Assembly: GCF_001194135.2 (NCBI RefSeq)
Contig: NC_068981.1
Coordinates: forward strand, 152,997,814-153,061,813
Direction of reading: 5' to 3'
DNA: 64,000 nt
Source of the DNA: Octopus bimaculoides
Taxonomy: Eukaryota
Within the stretch, counting starts at the first letter, position 1, and every line of letters begins with the position of its first letter. The translations under genes were made by a program, and so were the position numbers. Below the pieces are notes generated by a model. That model had not been told where the DNA came from and did not search any database. It was given only the letters and a program-made list of their open reading frames with translations. Below, piece after piece: positions 24,025 through 35,699 of the stretch.

Positions 24025-27006
24025 AAAACAAAGGATATATTGGACAATGTAGTTGTGGATATACAAAAAAAACGGGATGGTTCTGGCTAGAATGCTTTTA
24101 ATTCTAGAGCTACTCTATCAGGGTTTACCTGAAGTTGAACAACAATCACAGCATAGTAACAGTGAAGTAAATGAGGGAGCCTTTACATGGATGCTAACCC
24201 TGCCTGAAATAACAACCGAACATTCCTAAAATTGCATTCTACTATTTTTTAAAAAGAGGGCATACATCTAATGTAGTTCTGTAAACAATGTACCTGGAAA
24301 TATTGGTGGTCCCCAGTATTGTTGGATCATGTTGAAACATATTTGATCATGTCTGTTCATTCTTGGCAAATCTTAGGCTAAGCACCACCACCCTTGTACT
24401 AACTGTTTAGTTTTTATATGTCATCGTATTGCCAAATTCCTAACACAGTCTTGTTTTCCTCTTCAATATGACCTCCAGTCTTTTAAGTCTAATGTACATC
24501 GTCACCTACTGACTTCTGTCTAACATCCATTTTATTCTAGTAGCTCTTATGTTTTCAGTGGTCTAAGGACCTTGTAATGAGTGAATGCTTAAAAAAAAGA
24601 ATGAAAAGGGGTCATGTGTCTGCTCTCTCTGCATTTAGTCCATTATTCTCAATAATAGCAATAACTCCTTCTGTGTGTATGAAGGAGCTTCTATGTTAGA
24701 GCCAGTCACCTTGCTACAAACTTTTCAAAATAACATTTCTATATTAGACCATGTATTCTAAGCCCTAAATCTGAAGTGATGTTTATAATTCGAAAGTGAT
24801 GATTGCAATCACAATCAGAGTATTGATTACAGGGTATGTTGCTTTTAAGAAACCTAAATGCATCATTTGTTAGATGGAAACTGTGTGAAATCCTACCACT
24901 TATTCATGTATGTGTTTTTTTCTTTAGCATTTGTATATCTTGTGAGATCAAAGATCTCCACCTGGAAAGTTTTCCAGATCAGAAGCACCCAGTACACTCT
25001 GTAAAGTGGTTAGTGTTAGGAGGGGCCTAGCTTGTCAGCCCCTGTCAAACCATCCAACCTATGTCAGCATGGAAAACTGATGTTAAATGAAGATAATGAT
25101 AATGACAACGAGGTGTCAGTGTAGTGCCCTCTCCAGGGCACCAACTTAGGACAGAGTGTATGGAAGACTAGCAGTTTTCTATGCAGCAAGTTTGCCTTCT
25201 CTACACAACTGATGTTGTTGGCCAAAGGAAAAGCAAAGGCCAGTACAGCTTACATCATTATCATCACAGCAGTTTCTAGAATAAAGTTGAAGACAATGTC
25301 AAATTGCTTTAGAGGTTTCACTTTATGCTATGTAGTCAATTTATTTAACCCCAATACTTGATTAGTACTGGTGTTTTTTTTTTTCTTTTTTTCTTTCTTA
25401 TCAAGAGAGAAGAAAGAAAAATGAAATCCACTCTTAGAAATCGGAGAATGTTGCAATGCATTTCTTTGGACTATTTTTCAACTATATTCTGTAGCTTTAG
25501 ACAGTTTTATTATTGTAGTGTGTTTGTTACAAAGGCCATCCAAGGATAGAAGAATGGCTCTTGTGGTTTAGTGAAGCAAGTGTGTGTGTGTGTGTGTGTG
25601 TAAAATAAAAACCTTTACAAAATAAAACTATAGACCCTGAAATGCCAGTAGTTAAAAGGAGAATGAACAGGAAAGTAAATCTTAAATGAAGCATTAGGTG
25701 AATGAAGAATTGTTGGCTGTGGTCCAATACATCAGTAATTGTAAGGGGGAGTGCAAACAAAGATGAATGAATGAAAAGGAAACAAGGCAAAAATATAATT
25801 GGTGAAGCCGTTAGAGCTTGTTACAATGAGAAGCCCTTAGGGTTGTGATACAAAGTTGATGTGGACTACTCCCCTAGTACATGTCCCTCCACAGCCACTA
25901 CTAACACTGCCACTCATTCAGCATTAACGCAAGACTACATTTATGTAATTTGTTTATTTATTTATCTTATGCACACAGAGCTTCCATCCAATCTACCTGT
26001 TTTTCCTTTAAAGTGGCAAACTCATATTTTTCTTTAAATCACATTTGTACAAATGTAAGTTACTTAATTGGCTGTGATTAGCCTAACTAGATTGCATGAT
26101 GAGGACGGATCACTGCTGTAGTTCAGTGCAAAAATTGTATAATAGTCTGTCTATGCAATACACACACACACACATATATATATAGAGAGAGAGAGAGAGA
26201 GAAAGAGAGAGGTGGGGAGAGAGATATATTCATACATACACATGTGCATATTGAAGTAACATTCTCATGAAAGATCTTTTTTCTGCTGTATATGATTACA
26301 TACACTCACATATGAGTTAGTTATCTTTTATCATATATGGTCCCATTATGGAGTTATAGGCCAGGTATGATTGCTGAAAATTCACATCTTAAACCACTCA
26401 AAGCTACTGCTTCATTGTTATGCGATTCTCAGCTCTTTCTTTCATTTGCTATCATTATGGTTTTCCCACAAAGTCCACCACAAATTGCCGTTTTTGTCTT
26501 TAATTAAGCATTGAAAAGTGGCTTCTCGTCAAGCCTGGCCTCTGAGTCACTCAGTGGTTGTTGTTCAATAGGACTTGACAAGGATAATTCTGGAATTATA
26601 TGGTTGTCAAAATTGGCCATTGTTGCTGTGGGCTAATTTATACAACTGTGACCAGTGTTGGACACCTATAATCTTGCCAAGTATTGCCAATAGTTGTTAG
26701 CCACTTCTGAATGAAGAGGAACCTAAGATTACTGAAATGGCTTTCCTTTGTATGAAACTACTCCAGGAAAATAATTTAGCAATTTGCAACCAAAATTACA
26801 ACTGCTAATCCTTGTTTATTTTTTTTTTATCATTTTTCTCTCTTCCTTTTCCTTTTGTTTGTTCTTTCTAACTTTGAAACCCGTTGTCCGCCGAACACAA
26901 AAATAAGCAAACTAACTGAGTAAACATTGTGACGTAGCCATGTTCATCGATAAGCAGCCTAATGAATGATATACAATTGTGCCTTTCTTCTTCCCTGTCA
27001 CCTTAC

Positions 27007-27180
27007 CGTTCGTCGTAGGCCGTGTCATTATGAATGAGGCCGATTCTTTTTCAAGACGACACCATCCAAGGGCAAACAACTCTAGGAATTAGTGTTTTGT
27101 CGTGTAAGAATCAAGGAAATCATTATCTGGAGTGATAAGGATTTTCTTTATGGCAGTTTTACGTCGCATTGAAGACAGCT
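27007..27180 (-). other. Candidate second exon of nested antisense transcript (174 nt)
   Basis: Minus acceptor cactgtttttctAG (forward ctagaaaaacag from 27181) and donor ACG|GTAAGG (forward ccttac 27001-06). CpG-rich unique sequence. Contains a short closed ORF (MRRKTAIKKILITPDNDFLDSYTTKH*) and a late ATG (MTRPTTN, phase 1). Confidence 0.45.
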
Positions 27181-27722
27181 CTAGAAAAACAGTGTGCAGT
27201 GAAAAAGGGATGATATGGGACAATACCAGTAAATTTTGCTTTCTCTAGAATTGTGTGTGTTTGTGAGAAAGACTGACATTCTACGATCTTAACAGTTGAT
27301 CTACATTGTGCAGTATTCTTCAAATTGATTTTAACTGGAGAGTAGAGCTGGAAAGTTGATTGATATTATTGTTCACTTGAAATCTTTTATCATAATCTAA
27401 AAAGTCTGCAGCATTAACTAAATTCTTTTTACGTTATGGAAATCTTAATCAATAACATGGAAAAATAAATAAATAAAACCACAAGCCTGACTTTAAGGTG
27501 AAGAAGCTTGCTTTGCAACTACATGGTCACGGGTTCAGTCCCATTATGCAGTATCTTGGGCAAGTGTTTTCTACTATAGCCACATGACGACCAGTGCAAT
27601 ATGAGTGAATTTGGTGGATGGAAACTGTGTGGAAGCCCGTTGTATATATGTATGTGTGTGTCTTATGTTTGCGGTTGTCCCCCTCTTGCTTTGCTTGATA
27701 AGTGGTATTGGCTCTTTTAGAG

Positions 27723-28020
27723 CAGCGGTCACCAAACTACAACCTGTGGGCCGAATCCTGCCTGCGAGGTCAGTTCATCCGGCCCGCTGCTGCACTGTAC
27801 TTTTTATGTAAGTACCTGCAATGAGAGTTCATTTGCCTCTGGTATGGCATCAGTGTTTGGAACAACTTATGTCTGTGAGCAAACATTTTCAATAATGAAG
27901 TTTGTGATGTCAGCACATCGAACGAAGTTGAGTGATGAACATTTGAAAGCAATTCTCTTGGTTGGATGCAGCAATTCCAAAGCAAATATCTTAAAAGCTA
28001 AACACTAGTTTCCCAAATCT
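27723..28020 (+). mobile_element. Internally deleted hAT transposon with transposase C-terminal (dimerisation) remnant
   Basis: Left end CAGCGGTCACCAAACT...GGCCCG. 27844-28008 reads MASVFGTTYVCEQTFSIMKFVMSAHRTKLSDEHLKAILLVGCSN, matching the F.sTY.CEq.FS...r..L.dehL motif of Charlie/SPIN/GTF2IRD2-type hAT transposases. The right end may lie in the gap. Confidence 0.8.
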
Positions 28021-28172
28021 CACTTACCTTTTCTGGCTGCTTAGTTTGTGAGAGTTGGATACGTGTGCACTGGGTGTGATTATATAACTATCTTATTGCT
28101 AACGTTGTCTTCTTTGATAACTTTTTGGTAAATAAATATGTTGGTTGTCTTTATTTTTTGTGTATTCACTGT

Positions 28173-28678
28173 NNNNNNNNNNNNNNNNNNNNNNNNNNNN
28201 NNNNNNNNNNNNNNNNNNNNNNNNNNNNNNNNNNNNNNNNNNNNNNNNNNNNNNNNNNNNNNNNNNNNNNNNNNNNNNNNNNNNNNNNNNNNNNNNNNNN
28301 NNNNNNNNNNNNNNNNNNNNNNNNNNNNNNNNNNNNNNNNNNNNNNNNNNNNNNNNNNNNNNNNNNNNNNNNNNNNNNNNNNNNNNNNNNNNNNNNNNNN
28401 NNNNNNNNNNNNNNNNNNNNNNNNNNNNNNNNNNNNNNNNNNNNNNNNNNNNNNNNNNNNNNNNNNNNNNNNNNNNNNNNNNNNNNNNNNNNNNNNNNNN
28501 NNNNNNNNNNNNNNNNNNNNNNNNNNNNNNNNNNNNNNNNNNNNNNNNNNNNNNNNNNNNNNNNNNNNNNNNNNNNNNNNNNNNNNNNNNNNNNNNNNNN
28601 NNNNNNNNNNNNNNNNNNNNNNNNNNNNNNNNNNNNNNNNNNNNNNNNNNNNNNNNNNNNNNNNNNNNNNNNNNNNNN
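28173..28678. other. Assembly gap (N run)
   Basis: Largest gap. Others at 2648-2657, 4848-4857, 10013-10228, 29114-29123 and 36353-36362. Confidence 1.
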
Positions 28679-29211
28679 TTTTTTTTTTCTGCATTCCCCC
28701 CTCTGATCCGAGTGTCTCGTTAGTTCCCCCGTTCTTTTTTGTAATTATAACAAATTATAACCTTATTTTGGTATCTCTCTTCAACTTCATAGTTAATTGT
28801 TTATTTACAGAAGCAGTAGACTGGCACTTGTATTTAAAGTTGTTGGTAGTGTTTGTTTAGAATTGAGAACAATTTTCACTATTAAATATGTGACATTCAA
28901 TTTCGATGTTTGAGTAAATAATGATTAACTTCTGAAGGCTTTCTGGCTTTTCAGTTCTTTTTAAAAACATTGCCCCTCACCACCACCACCGTCATCAACT
29001 CTTTTATTCTCACTGCATCTTGTTATTTTTCTCTGAATTTTGTATCGCTTCCTCATTTTGTCAAACTTTCATTCTGTTTTCAAGGAAAGAAGTTTGTCAT
29101 TCTTTTCTCTTTGNNNNNNNNNNGAGTGTTATTTATTTATTTATTATCGATTTATAAATTTGCTCATATGTATATTATTATAAATACACTCTGCTTGATA
29201 GACTGGGATGC

Positions 29212-29251
<40 letters not shown>

Positions 29252-30243
29252 TCTCAGTACATTTTAGTGTAATTAATTTTGTAACAATAACAACATCAAT
29301 AATAATGTTTTCTTTATAAGCCACTGGGGCTCGCAGAGAGACAATAAAAATATGATGAACGTTAAACAGCAGTTTACAAAAGAAAATGTCGTGGACAATT
29401 TATAGAAAGCAGAATGATAGTGAAACACGTTGTATAGCGTACGTCTGTGTGTAGGACGAGTTATTTGTAAAAGAAAAACAAAACTAATTATTATGTGAAA
29501 TATATTTTTTAAAATGTATAATAATAATTTAACAATGAAGTCTTCTTATAAACGTTTTCTAACATTGGTAAACATTAAGGTTATAAGTTGTGAGTGCGAG
29601 ATTTATCCAATTTAATCTACTTTAATTACTTGATTGGTGTTTAGTTTTGCAATAAAAATAAGAAGAATAACTTTTGTTTTTATTATGATCGTTGAAAATG
29701 GCTTATTTATCGATGTCGAGTAATAGTGAAGATAAACTTCAAACGTTACTTAGCAGTTGTTGTTGCTGTTGGTGGTAGTAGTAATGGTGGTGGTGGTGGT
29801 GCAGAGGATGGGAGATATTAAATTTGAGTGTCTTGCAGTTGAAACTGAAGGTGAAAACGGTAAACAGTCACAATCAGAAAGGCATGCTTTCTAAAACAAA
29901 AGCAGTTTTAAGGAAACAATCAGTTAGCTTCGGCAATGGTGGTGGTGGTGGTGGTTGTGGGCTATAGAAGTTGTGTGGAGAAACAATGATGATGGAAGGA
30001 CGGTAACATTGGTGATGGGGGAGTGTAAATTTTCAAAGGAGGTGATAGAAATGTTCTTGTTTTGATTCTTTTGTTTTTTCCCCCCATACCGTGTTTCATA
30101 CTGAACTAACAAGATCATATTAATGGAGCGTTCAGGCGGCTGCACATTGGAGAGGTTTAAAGTATGTTTTAAATATGTCTGTTGCTGGCACTTCTCCCTG
30201 ACTCGACATCTAGTGTAAAGCTAAACAGACCACGGCTACTCAC

Positions 30244-30490
30244 ACTTGTGCTAACAATAGATGCAATAACATTGGCTGTGTGCTGGAGACAGAGAGAGAG
30301 AGAGAGAGAGAGATGAGGAGGAGGAGGAGGAGGAGGGCAGTTGCAGAGAGTGAGGAGGTGAAAGTAAGCAAACGATGTAGAAATATAATTGCGGTGCTGG
30401 GAGAGTTAAGTGGCGGCGTCAGCGGTCTGTGTAAACTTTCTCTATTCTGTTTACAAGGATGTGATTGTCTGTTTGAGGAAATGTGAACTG
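30244..30490 (-). other. Candidate non-coding first exon of a nested antisense transcript
   Basis: Runs from the Inr-like site through (CCT)n/(CT)n tracts on minus to donor TGT|GTGAGT (forward actcac 30238-30243). No convincing ORF. Confidence 0.4.
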
Positions 30491-30620
30491 ATCAATAAAT
30501 AATTACAACTAACGAGTGAGGTGATCAGCGACAATCAATGGCAAATCAACATGGTTTACCGGAAGTCTGTTTCTGTCGGAAAGGAGCGTGTCAGTTGGAG
30601 AGGAACCAATGCTCTCATCA
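30430..30620. promoter_or_regulatory. Promoter-like element inside TBC1D13 intron
   Basis: Perfect ETS motif ACCGGAAGT (30558-30566), CCAAT (30606), inverted FOX-like pair TGTAAAC (30430)/TGTTTACA (30448) and Inr-like TCAGTT on minus (30486-30491). CpGs are locally retained in an otherwise CpG-poor intron. Confidence 0.55.
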
Positions 30621-31711
30621 GTGAATAACAATAGATTCGGTTTGTAAGAGTACCGTACCTATTTGAATAGCTATCTGTGGTCAAGGAAGTGGAAACGCAT
30701 TTCCTCCTTCCTCCTCCCCTTCTTTCACTCCCCCCTCTCTCTCTCTCTCTCCCTCACTAACATAACACTGTGTGTTACACAAATTGACACACCCACAAAT
30801 CGACCCACTGGATGTTGTTTTCGTTGCTCTGTAATATCATCAGCCAGCTAAGTTGCTGCTGATATTTAGCTCCCGGTCAACCCTGATCAAGAAGACCTAC
30901 GAGCAAAACAATTCCATCCGTGACCATCCCTTATTTAAGGGAGTATGGTGTAATTTGAAAGGGTAGAATTTGGTTGCTATTTCTAGCAGATCGAGTGTCC
31001 ATGTAAATATTCTTCTAAATAAGGCTCAAAGTGAGAAATTTGTGGGGAAAGGAAAGGAACAGTTGATTATATCAGATTCAGTTACTTGACTGATACTCTT
31101 TTTAATTACCCAGAGGGATGAAAATTAATGTTGACTTTGACAGGACTTGAGCTCAGTATCTACAGAGCTTGAAGAAATTACTGCAAGGCAGTTGATCCAG
31201 TGGTCTAATCAAAGTTGTATTAATTGGAGGGAGCTCGAGTTTTGTGTTACATTCCAAAATTCCTAAAGCACAGATGATTAAATGTTCTGTTCTCAAGGTT
31301 TATTAAAATCATCATCATTACCTTTCATTCTGTGACCTATCAGTAATGAGCAGCCTGCAGTCTTCGGAACATTTTGAATGGTATTCCTAACCATGACACA
31401 ACAAACAATTGGAGTCTGGACAGCTATCAAACTGTCCAACCCATGCCAGCATGGAAAATGGACGTTAAAGAATGATAATATGCTGTTGGGATTAACCAAT
31501 CACAATGTTTTGTAGATTAATACAAAAGAAGGTGTGGTGTTAATCTTTCAAATTGCATACAGTTCTTTGTCTGAAGGACCACAACTCTTGCAGATTCCTT
31601 TCTTCCACTCTATGCTGTATGTTAATGCTACCTGTCAGTAATGGGCAATCTGCAGCCTTAGATACGTTTTGAATGGTATTCCTAACGAAAAATTATCTTG
31701 AAGTTTTTTTA

Positions 31712-32060
31712 GCAGGCTGCATTAAGATCCATAGAGGCTCTAAGCACTTAAAAGACTTTGGTGCTCTCCTGTATATATAATTCAAAATATAAACAATGAT
31801 AGACCATAAAATAAATTTTTATTTTTCAAAATGAAGCAAGTCTAACAAGTAAGATGGAAAATGTTTATTTTTGTATACTTTCACTTTATATATTTTAAAA
31901 AAGTTTTCTACTTTTTTTAATTGAAAAGTCTTTGATTAGATCCTCACTATAATACCATGAACAAACCACTTGGAATATTATTTTATTTCTGTGGTACCCC
32001 TTCTCTTGATGCCCTAAGCACATGCTTATTTTGCTTAGTGGTTCATTCAACATTGCCTAC
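31712..32060. mobile_element. Possible decayed MITE
   Basis: Left caggctgcattaagatccatagaggctctaagca and right gatgccctaagcacatgctta...gcttagtggttcattcaacattg resemble degraded CAGGGCCGGATTAA-type ends. Confidence 0.35.
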
Positions 32061-32324
32061 TTTACATGGTCATTCAACTTGCTAAAAATAGCAAGTAAAT
32101 TTCTTTCAAACCATACCCTGTTATCTTTAAATAAAAATTATAATCTATATTATATGAGAAAAAGAAAGACATAATAATCATGATTGTAATAGTTTTGATA
32201 AGGGTATGTTCAGGCAGGGCTGACTAGGGGTTAAAAAACAGTAAATGGATTTACAAAAAAGACAAGATTGGTCACAGCTGGAATATGCATTTGATTTTTT
32301 GTCTGTTCAGTTATGATTCTCTCT

Positions 32325-32705
32325 TTTGGCACTCCGTTGTTTACGACGTCGAGGGTTCCAGTTGATCCGATCAACGGAACAGCCTGCTCATGAAATTAAC
32401 GTGCAGGTGGCTGAGCACTCCACAGACATGTGTACCCTTAACATAGTTCTCGGGGATATTCAGCGTGACACAGTGTGACAAGGCTGATCCTTTGAATTAC
32501 AGGCACAACAGAAACAGGAAGAAAGAGTGAGAGAAAGTTGTGGTGGAAGAGTACAGCAGGGTTCACCACCATCCCCTGCCGGAACCTCGTGAAGCTTTAG
32601 GTGTTTTCGCTCAATAAACACTCACAACGCCCGGTCTGGGTATCGAAACCACGATCCTATGACCGCGAGTCCGCTGCCCTAACCACTGGGCCATTGCGCC
32701 TCCAC
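32325..32705 (-). mobile_element. SINE family E (tRNA-derived head), young copy
   Basis: Minus 5' end gtggaggcgcaatggcccagtggttagggcagcggactcgcggtcataggatcgtggtttcgatacccagacc carries A/B-box-like motifs. Older partial homologues at 13620-13890 and 48140-48380. Confidence 0.8.
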
Positions 32706-33656
32706 TCAGTTATGACTAAACTGAGGTGTATCAACAACAGTGGCTTATTTGGCAAACATTTCTTCTTTAGATAGGATTGTATACACAGAACTAGGAAAAA
32801 GTAAGCCAGTTTGACCTACCTAAATTCTAACAGTAATAAATTTCTCCCCATTCACTAAAGAAGTTTTGAAACTCAGTAAAAAAAGGACATATCTTACATA
32901 CAACATTTGTCTAGAATGACATCAGTGAAACAGTATTCTTTCCAATGCTCTTTGAGAACTTTATTTATTACTTGTTCCATTTAAACGTACCTGATATCAA
33001 GAGAATGTTTCTAATCTATGACTGGTTAACCTAGGAGCACACAGTACTGCAAACCACTTTCCTGCTTAATGCCATTTGGAAGATTTACTCTTTGTGTCAT
33101 TATAGGAAAGAAAATTTGTCAGTGTTTCCACGTAAATAAAATAGTTAAGCAACAGTAGTATCAACTTTATTTTAGTTTAGTTCTTGTATTAAGAAATGTC
33201 CATCTTAAAATATTTATCCTAACAGCTGGTGGAGTTGAATGTATTTAAGCCTTTCACTCAAGTCATAAAAGAGAAATAGTATTGTTATATTTTGGTTATT
33301 TCTGTTATTGTTTAGTCCCTGGTCAATCCTGTTCAATCAGATCTTTAATCAAAGGTATTACAGTTGTGAACATCTGCATTTTTTTACTCATTTTGTTTTT
33401 CTTCAGATATAGTAAATCTAGGATTACAGTCTCCAATGTTCATTTTCTTTTAAGATGGTTGAGCATAATTTGAGGAAGATTTGGCTGCTATTTCCACTAG
33501 GTTGAATATCCATATAGAAGGTTCTTTGTTGATTTTATTGCTTATATCAGTGGTTCCCAACTTTTTCACTACCAAGGACTCCTTTTATTTAAATGAGTTT
33601 TCCCACAGATCCCTTTTAATATGCTTATCCTTATATATATATATATAAAGAAGTGC

Positions 33657-33875
33657 ATTAGTTTGACGCTCGGGAAGGTGAGAAAGTCTTTTATGTTTCG
33701 AGCCTATGCTCTTCAACAGAAAAGAACACGAGGAAATAAACGGAGAGAGAATAATTGACCGCTTACTCCAAAAGCTTTTTTATTCTCTCTCTGTTTATTT
33801 CCTCGTGTTCCTCTCTGTTGAAGAGCATAGGCTTGAAACAAAAGACTTTCTCACCTTCCCAAGCGTCAAACTAAT
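33657..33875. repeat. Long palindrome of about 98-bp arms, Penelope-like terminal sequence
   Basis: Arm 33657-33754 is a near-perfect reverse complement of 33780-33875, with a loop of about 25 nt and flanking (TA)n. A related single unit lies at about 60735-60815. Confidence 0.85.
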
Positions 33876-33902
33876 ATACCTGCTTTTATATATATATATA
33901 TA

Positions 33903-34280
33903 TAGGTGCAGAAGTGGTTGTGTGCTAAGTAGCTTGCTTACCAACCACATGGGTCTGGGTTGAATCCCACTGCATGGTACCTTGAGCAAGTGTCTTCTAC
34001 TCTAGCCTCAGGCTGATCAAAGCCTTGTGAGTGGATTTGGTAGACAGAAACTGAAAGAAGCTCATCATATGTGTGTGTGTGTGTTTGTCCCACCACCATC
34101 GCTTGACAACCGATGTTGGTGTGTTTACGTCCCTGGGAAACTTAACAGTTCGGTAAAAGAGACCGATGGAATAAGTACTAGGCTTACAAAGAATAAGTCC
34201 TGGGGTCGATTTGTTTGACTAAAGGTGGTGCTCCAGCATGGCTGCAGTCAAATGACAAACAAATAAAAGAATAAAAGAAT
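33903..34280 (+). mobile_element. SINE family B nested in hAT MITE
   Basis: Full-length copy. Further B copies or fragments at 5941-6055, 8280-8415, 27495-27720, 43890-43980(-), 44395-44720(-) and 63040-63245(-). Confidence 0.85.
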
Positions 34281-34954
34281 GTGAAATTTTGAATTTAGTT
34301 CACAGACCCCCAGTACTACCTTTGCAGACCACCAGAGGTCTGCAAATCATAGGTTGGGAACCACTGGCTTTTATGGTAATTTATACAATCCCACTTTAGT
34401 TACTATCACTTGAATATGACATAATGAACTGCACTCATTGCCATCAAAATTGGCAGAATGGCATCAAGATGATCTTCACTGGTCTTTCTGACAAATGCAA
34501 TACCTAAGAATCTGAGAGACTAGCACTCCACCTCCAATAAAATGCATTGTATATTGTTCCTATATGAATAACAGCCTATGCCCAATCACTAATGTTTTCA
34601 GTCTAATAAGGAAGCCTCTATGTAGTCATCTGACATGCTAGAAATAGTAGTAAAAGCTCCTGCAAGTTACATCCTACTATCTTGACTCCCAGTGCCAAAA
34701 AAACACAAACTGGAAGACAATGAACCAATGAAAGTGTCTGCAGACCTACTGGAAATAACAGCCAATCTTTCCTTAAACCATATTCTAATGTCTTGAAGAC
34801 AGAAAGGACATATCAGCTAATATAATCTTAGATACCTCTGAAAAGATGGGATGGCAAGGCAGGGGTGTCTTTGATCATGGTTCTTCTCAGTCAACTCTGA
34901 GCACCTATTTCCTTTCATAAATCATCAATCATTTCCATCATTTACTCCCTACCA

Positions 34955-35490
34955 CCACCATCATCATCATCATCATCATTTATCATCTGCTTTCCATGCT
35001 GGCATGAGTTGGATGGTTTGACATGCAACTGGCTAGCAGGGAGCTATCCAGACTCCAACTGTCTGTTGTGGCATGGTTTCTACAGCTGGATGCCCTTTCT
35101 AATGCCAAACAGAGTGTGCTGGGTGCTTCTCACGTGTCATGGGCATGGGTGTGTTTATGCAGCACCTGTATGGGTGCATTTATGCAGCACCAGCACAGGT
35201 GTATTTACGCAGCACTAGCATAGCATGGGTGCTTTTTAAATGGTACCAGCACCTGAAGGACAAGCCTGTATGTGTGGAAGACAGCAATATCACTTAGCTT
35301 GATGCATCTTATCAAGTACAGCAAATCCCCACATCTCCTGGTCCCTTGTCATTTCTTCATTGAGGCTCAGTGTCCGAAGACCCTTTCTCACCACTTCATC
35401 CCATGTCTTCCTGGGTCTACCCCTTCCACAGGTACCATCCACAAAGCTCAACACTTCTTTATGCAGCTGTCCTCATCCATACGCATCATA
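34955..35490 (-). mobile_element. 3' end of LINE-2 family copy
   Basis: Minus MRMDEDSCIKKC...GTCGRGRPRKTWDEVVRK...QAK*, with the same 3'UTR and (ATG)n tail as 36815-37918. Confidence 0.85.
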
Positions 35491-35699
35491 ATTGTTTTTC
35501 TAAACATTTCCTTAATAAATCCTGTTCTAGAGGTACCACCCTCATTTTTACAATGTCAAAGTCTATATGTCACTTACTGATTTGATTATATAATACTAAG
35601 CTACATATTGGTATTACCATTTTCCTTTAGAATTCATTGTCTCCTTAGCTTCTTTCCCAGTGCCTAGTTTATTAATGTTTTCTCAATCCTACATATCTA

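Larger units (their letters stand above)
33548..34366. mobile_element. hAT-type MITE with nested insertions
   Basis: TIRs CAGTGGTTCCCAAC / GTTGGGAACCACTG. The 8-bp TSD GCTTATAT (33540-47) / GCTTTTAT (34367-74) matches at 7 of 8 positions. Confidence 0.9.

Noticed and set aside
25158-25180. tggaagactagcagtttt, resembling miR-7
   Set aside because: It is part of SINE D (tttatggaagaccagcagt) and forms no precursor hairpin.
28080-28860. Long ORFs of 190-240 aa (also 9898-10285)
   Set aside because: Artefacts of reading through N gaps.
32630-32705. tRNA-like sequence (also the heads of SINE families B, C and D)
   Set aside because: They continue directly into SINE bodies, lack a closing acceptor stem and occur as multiple dispersed copies.
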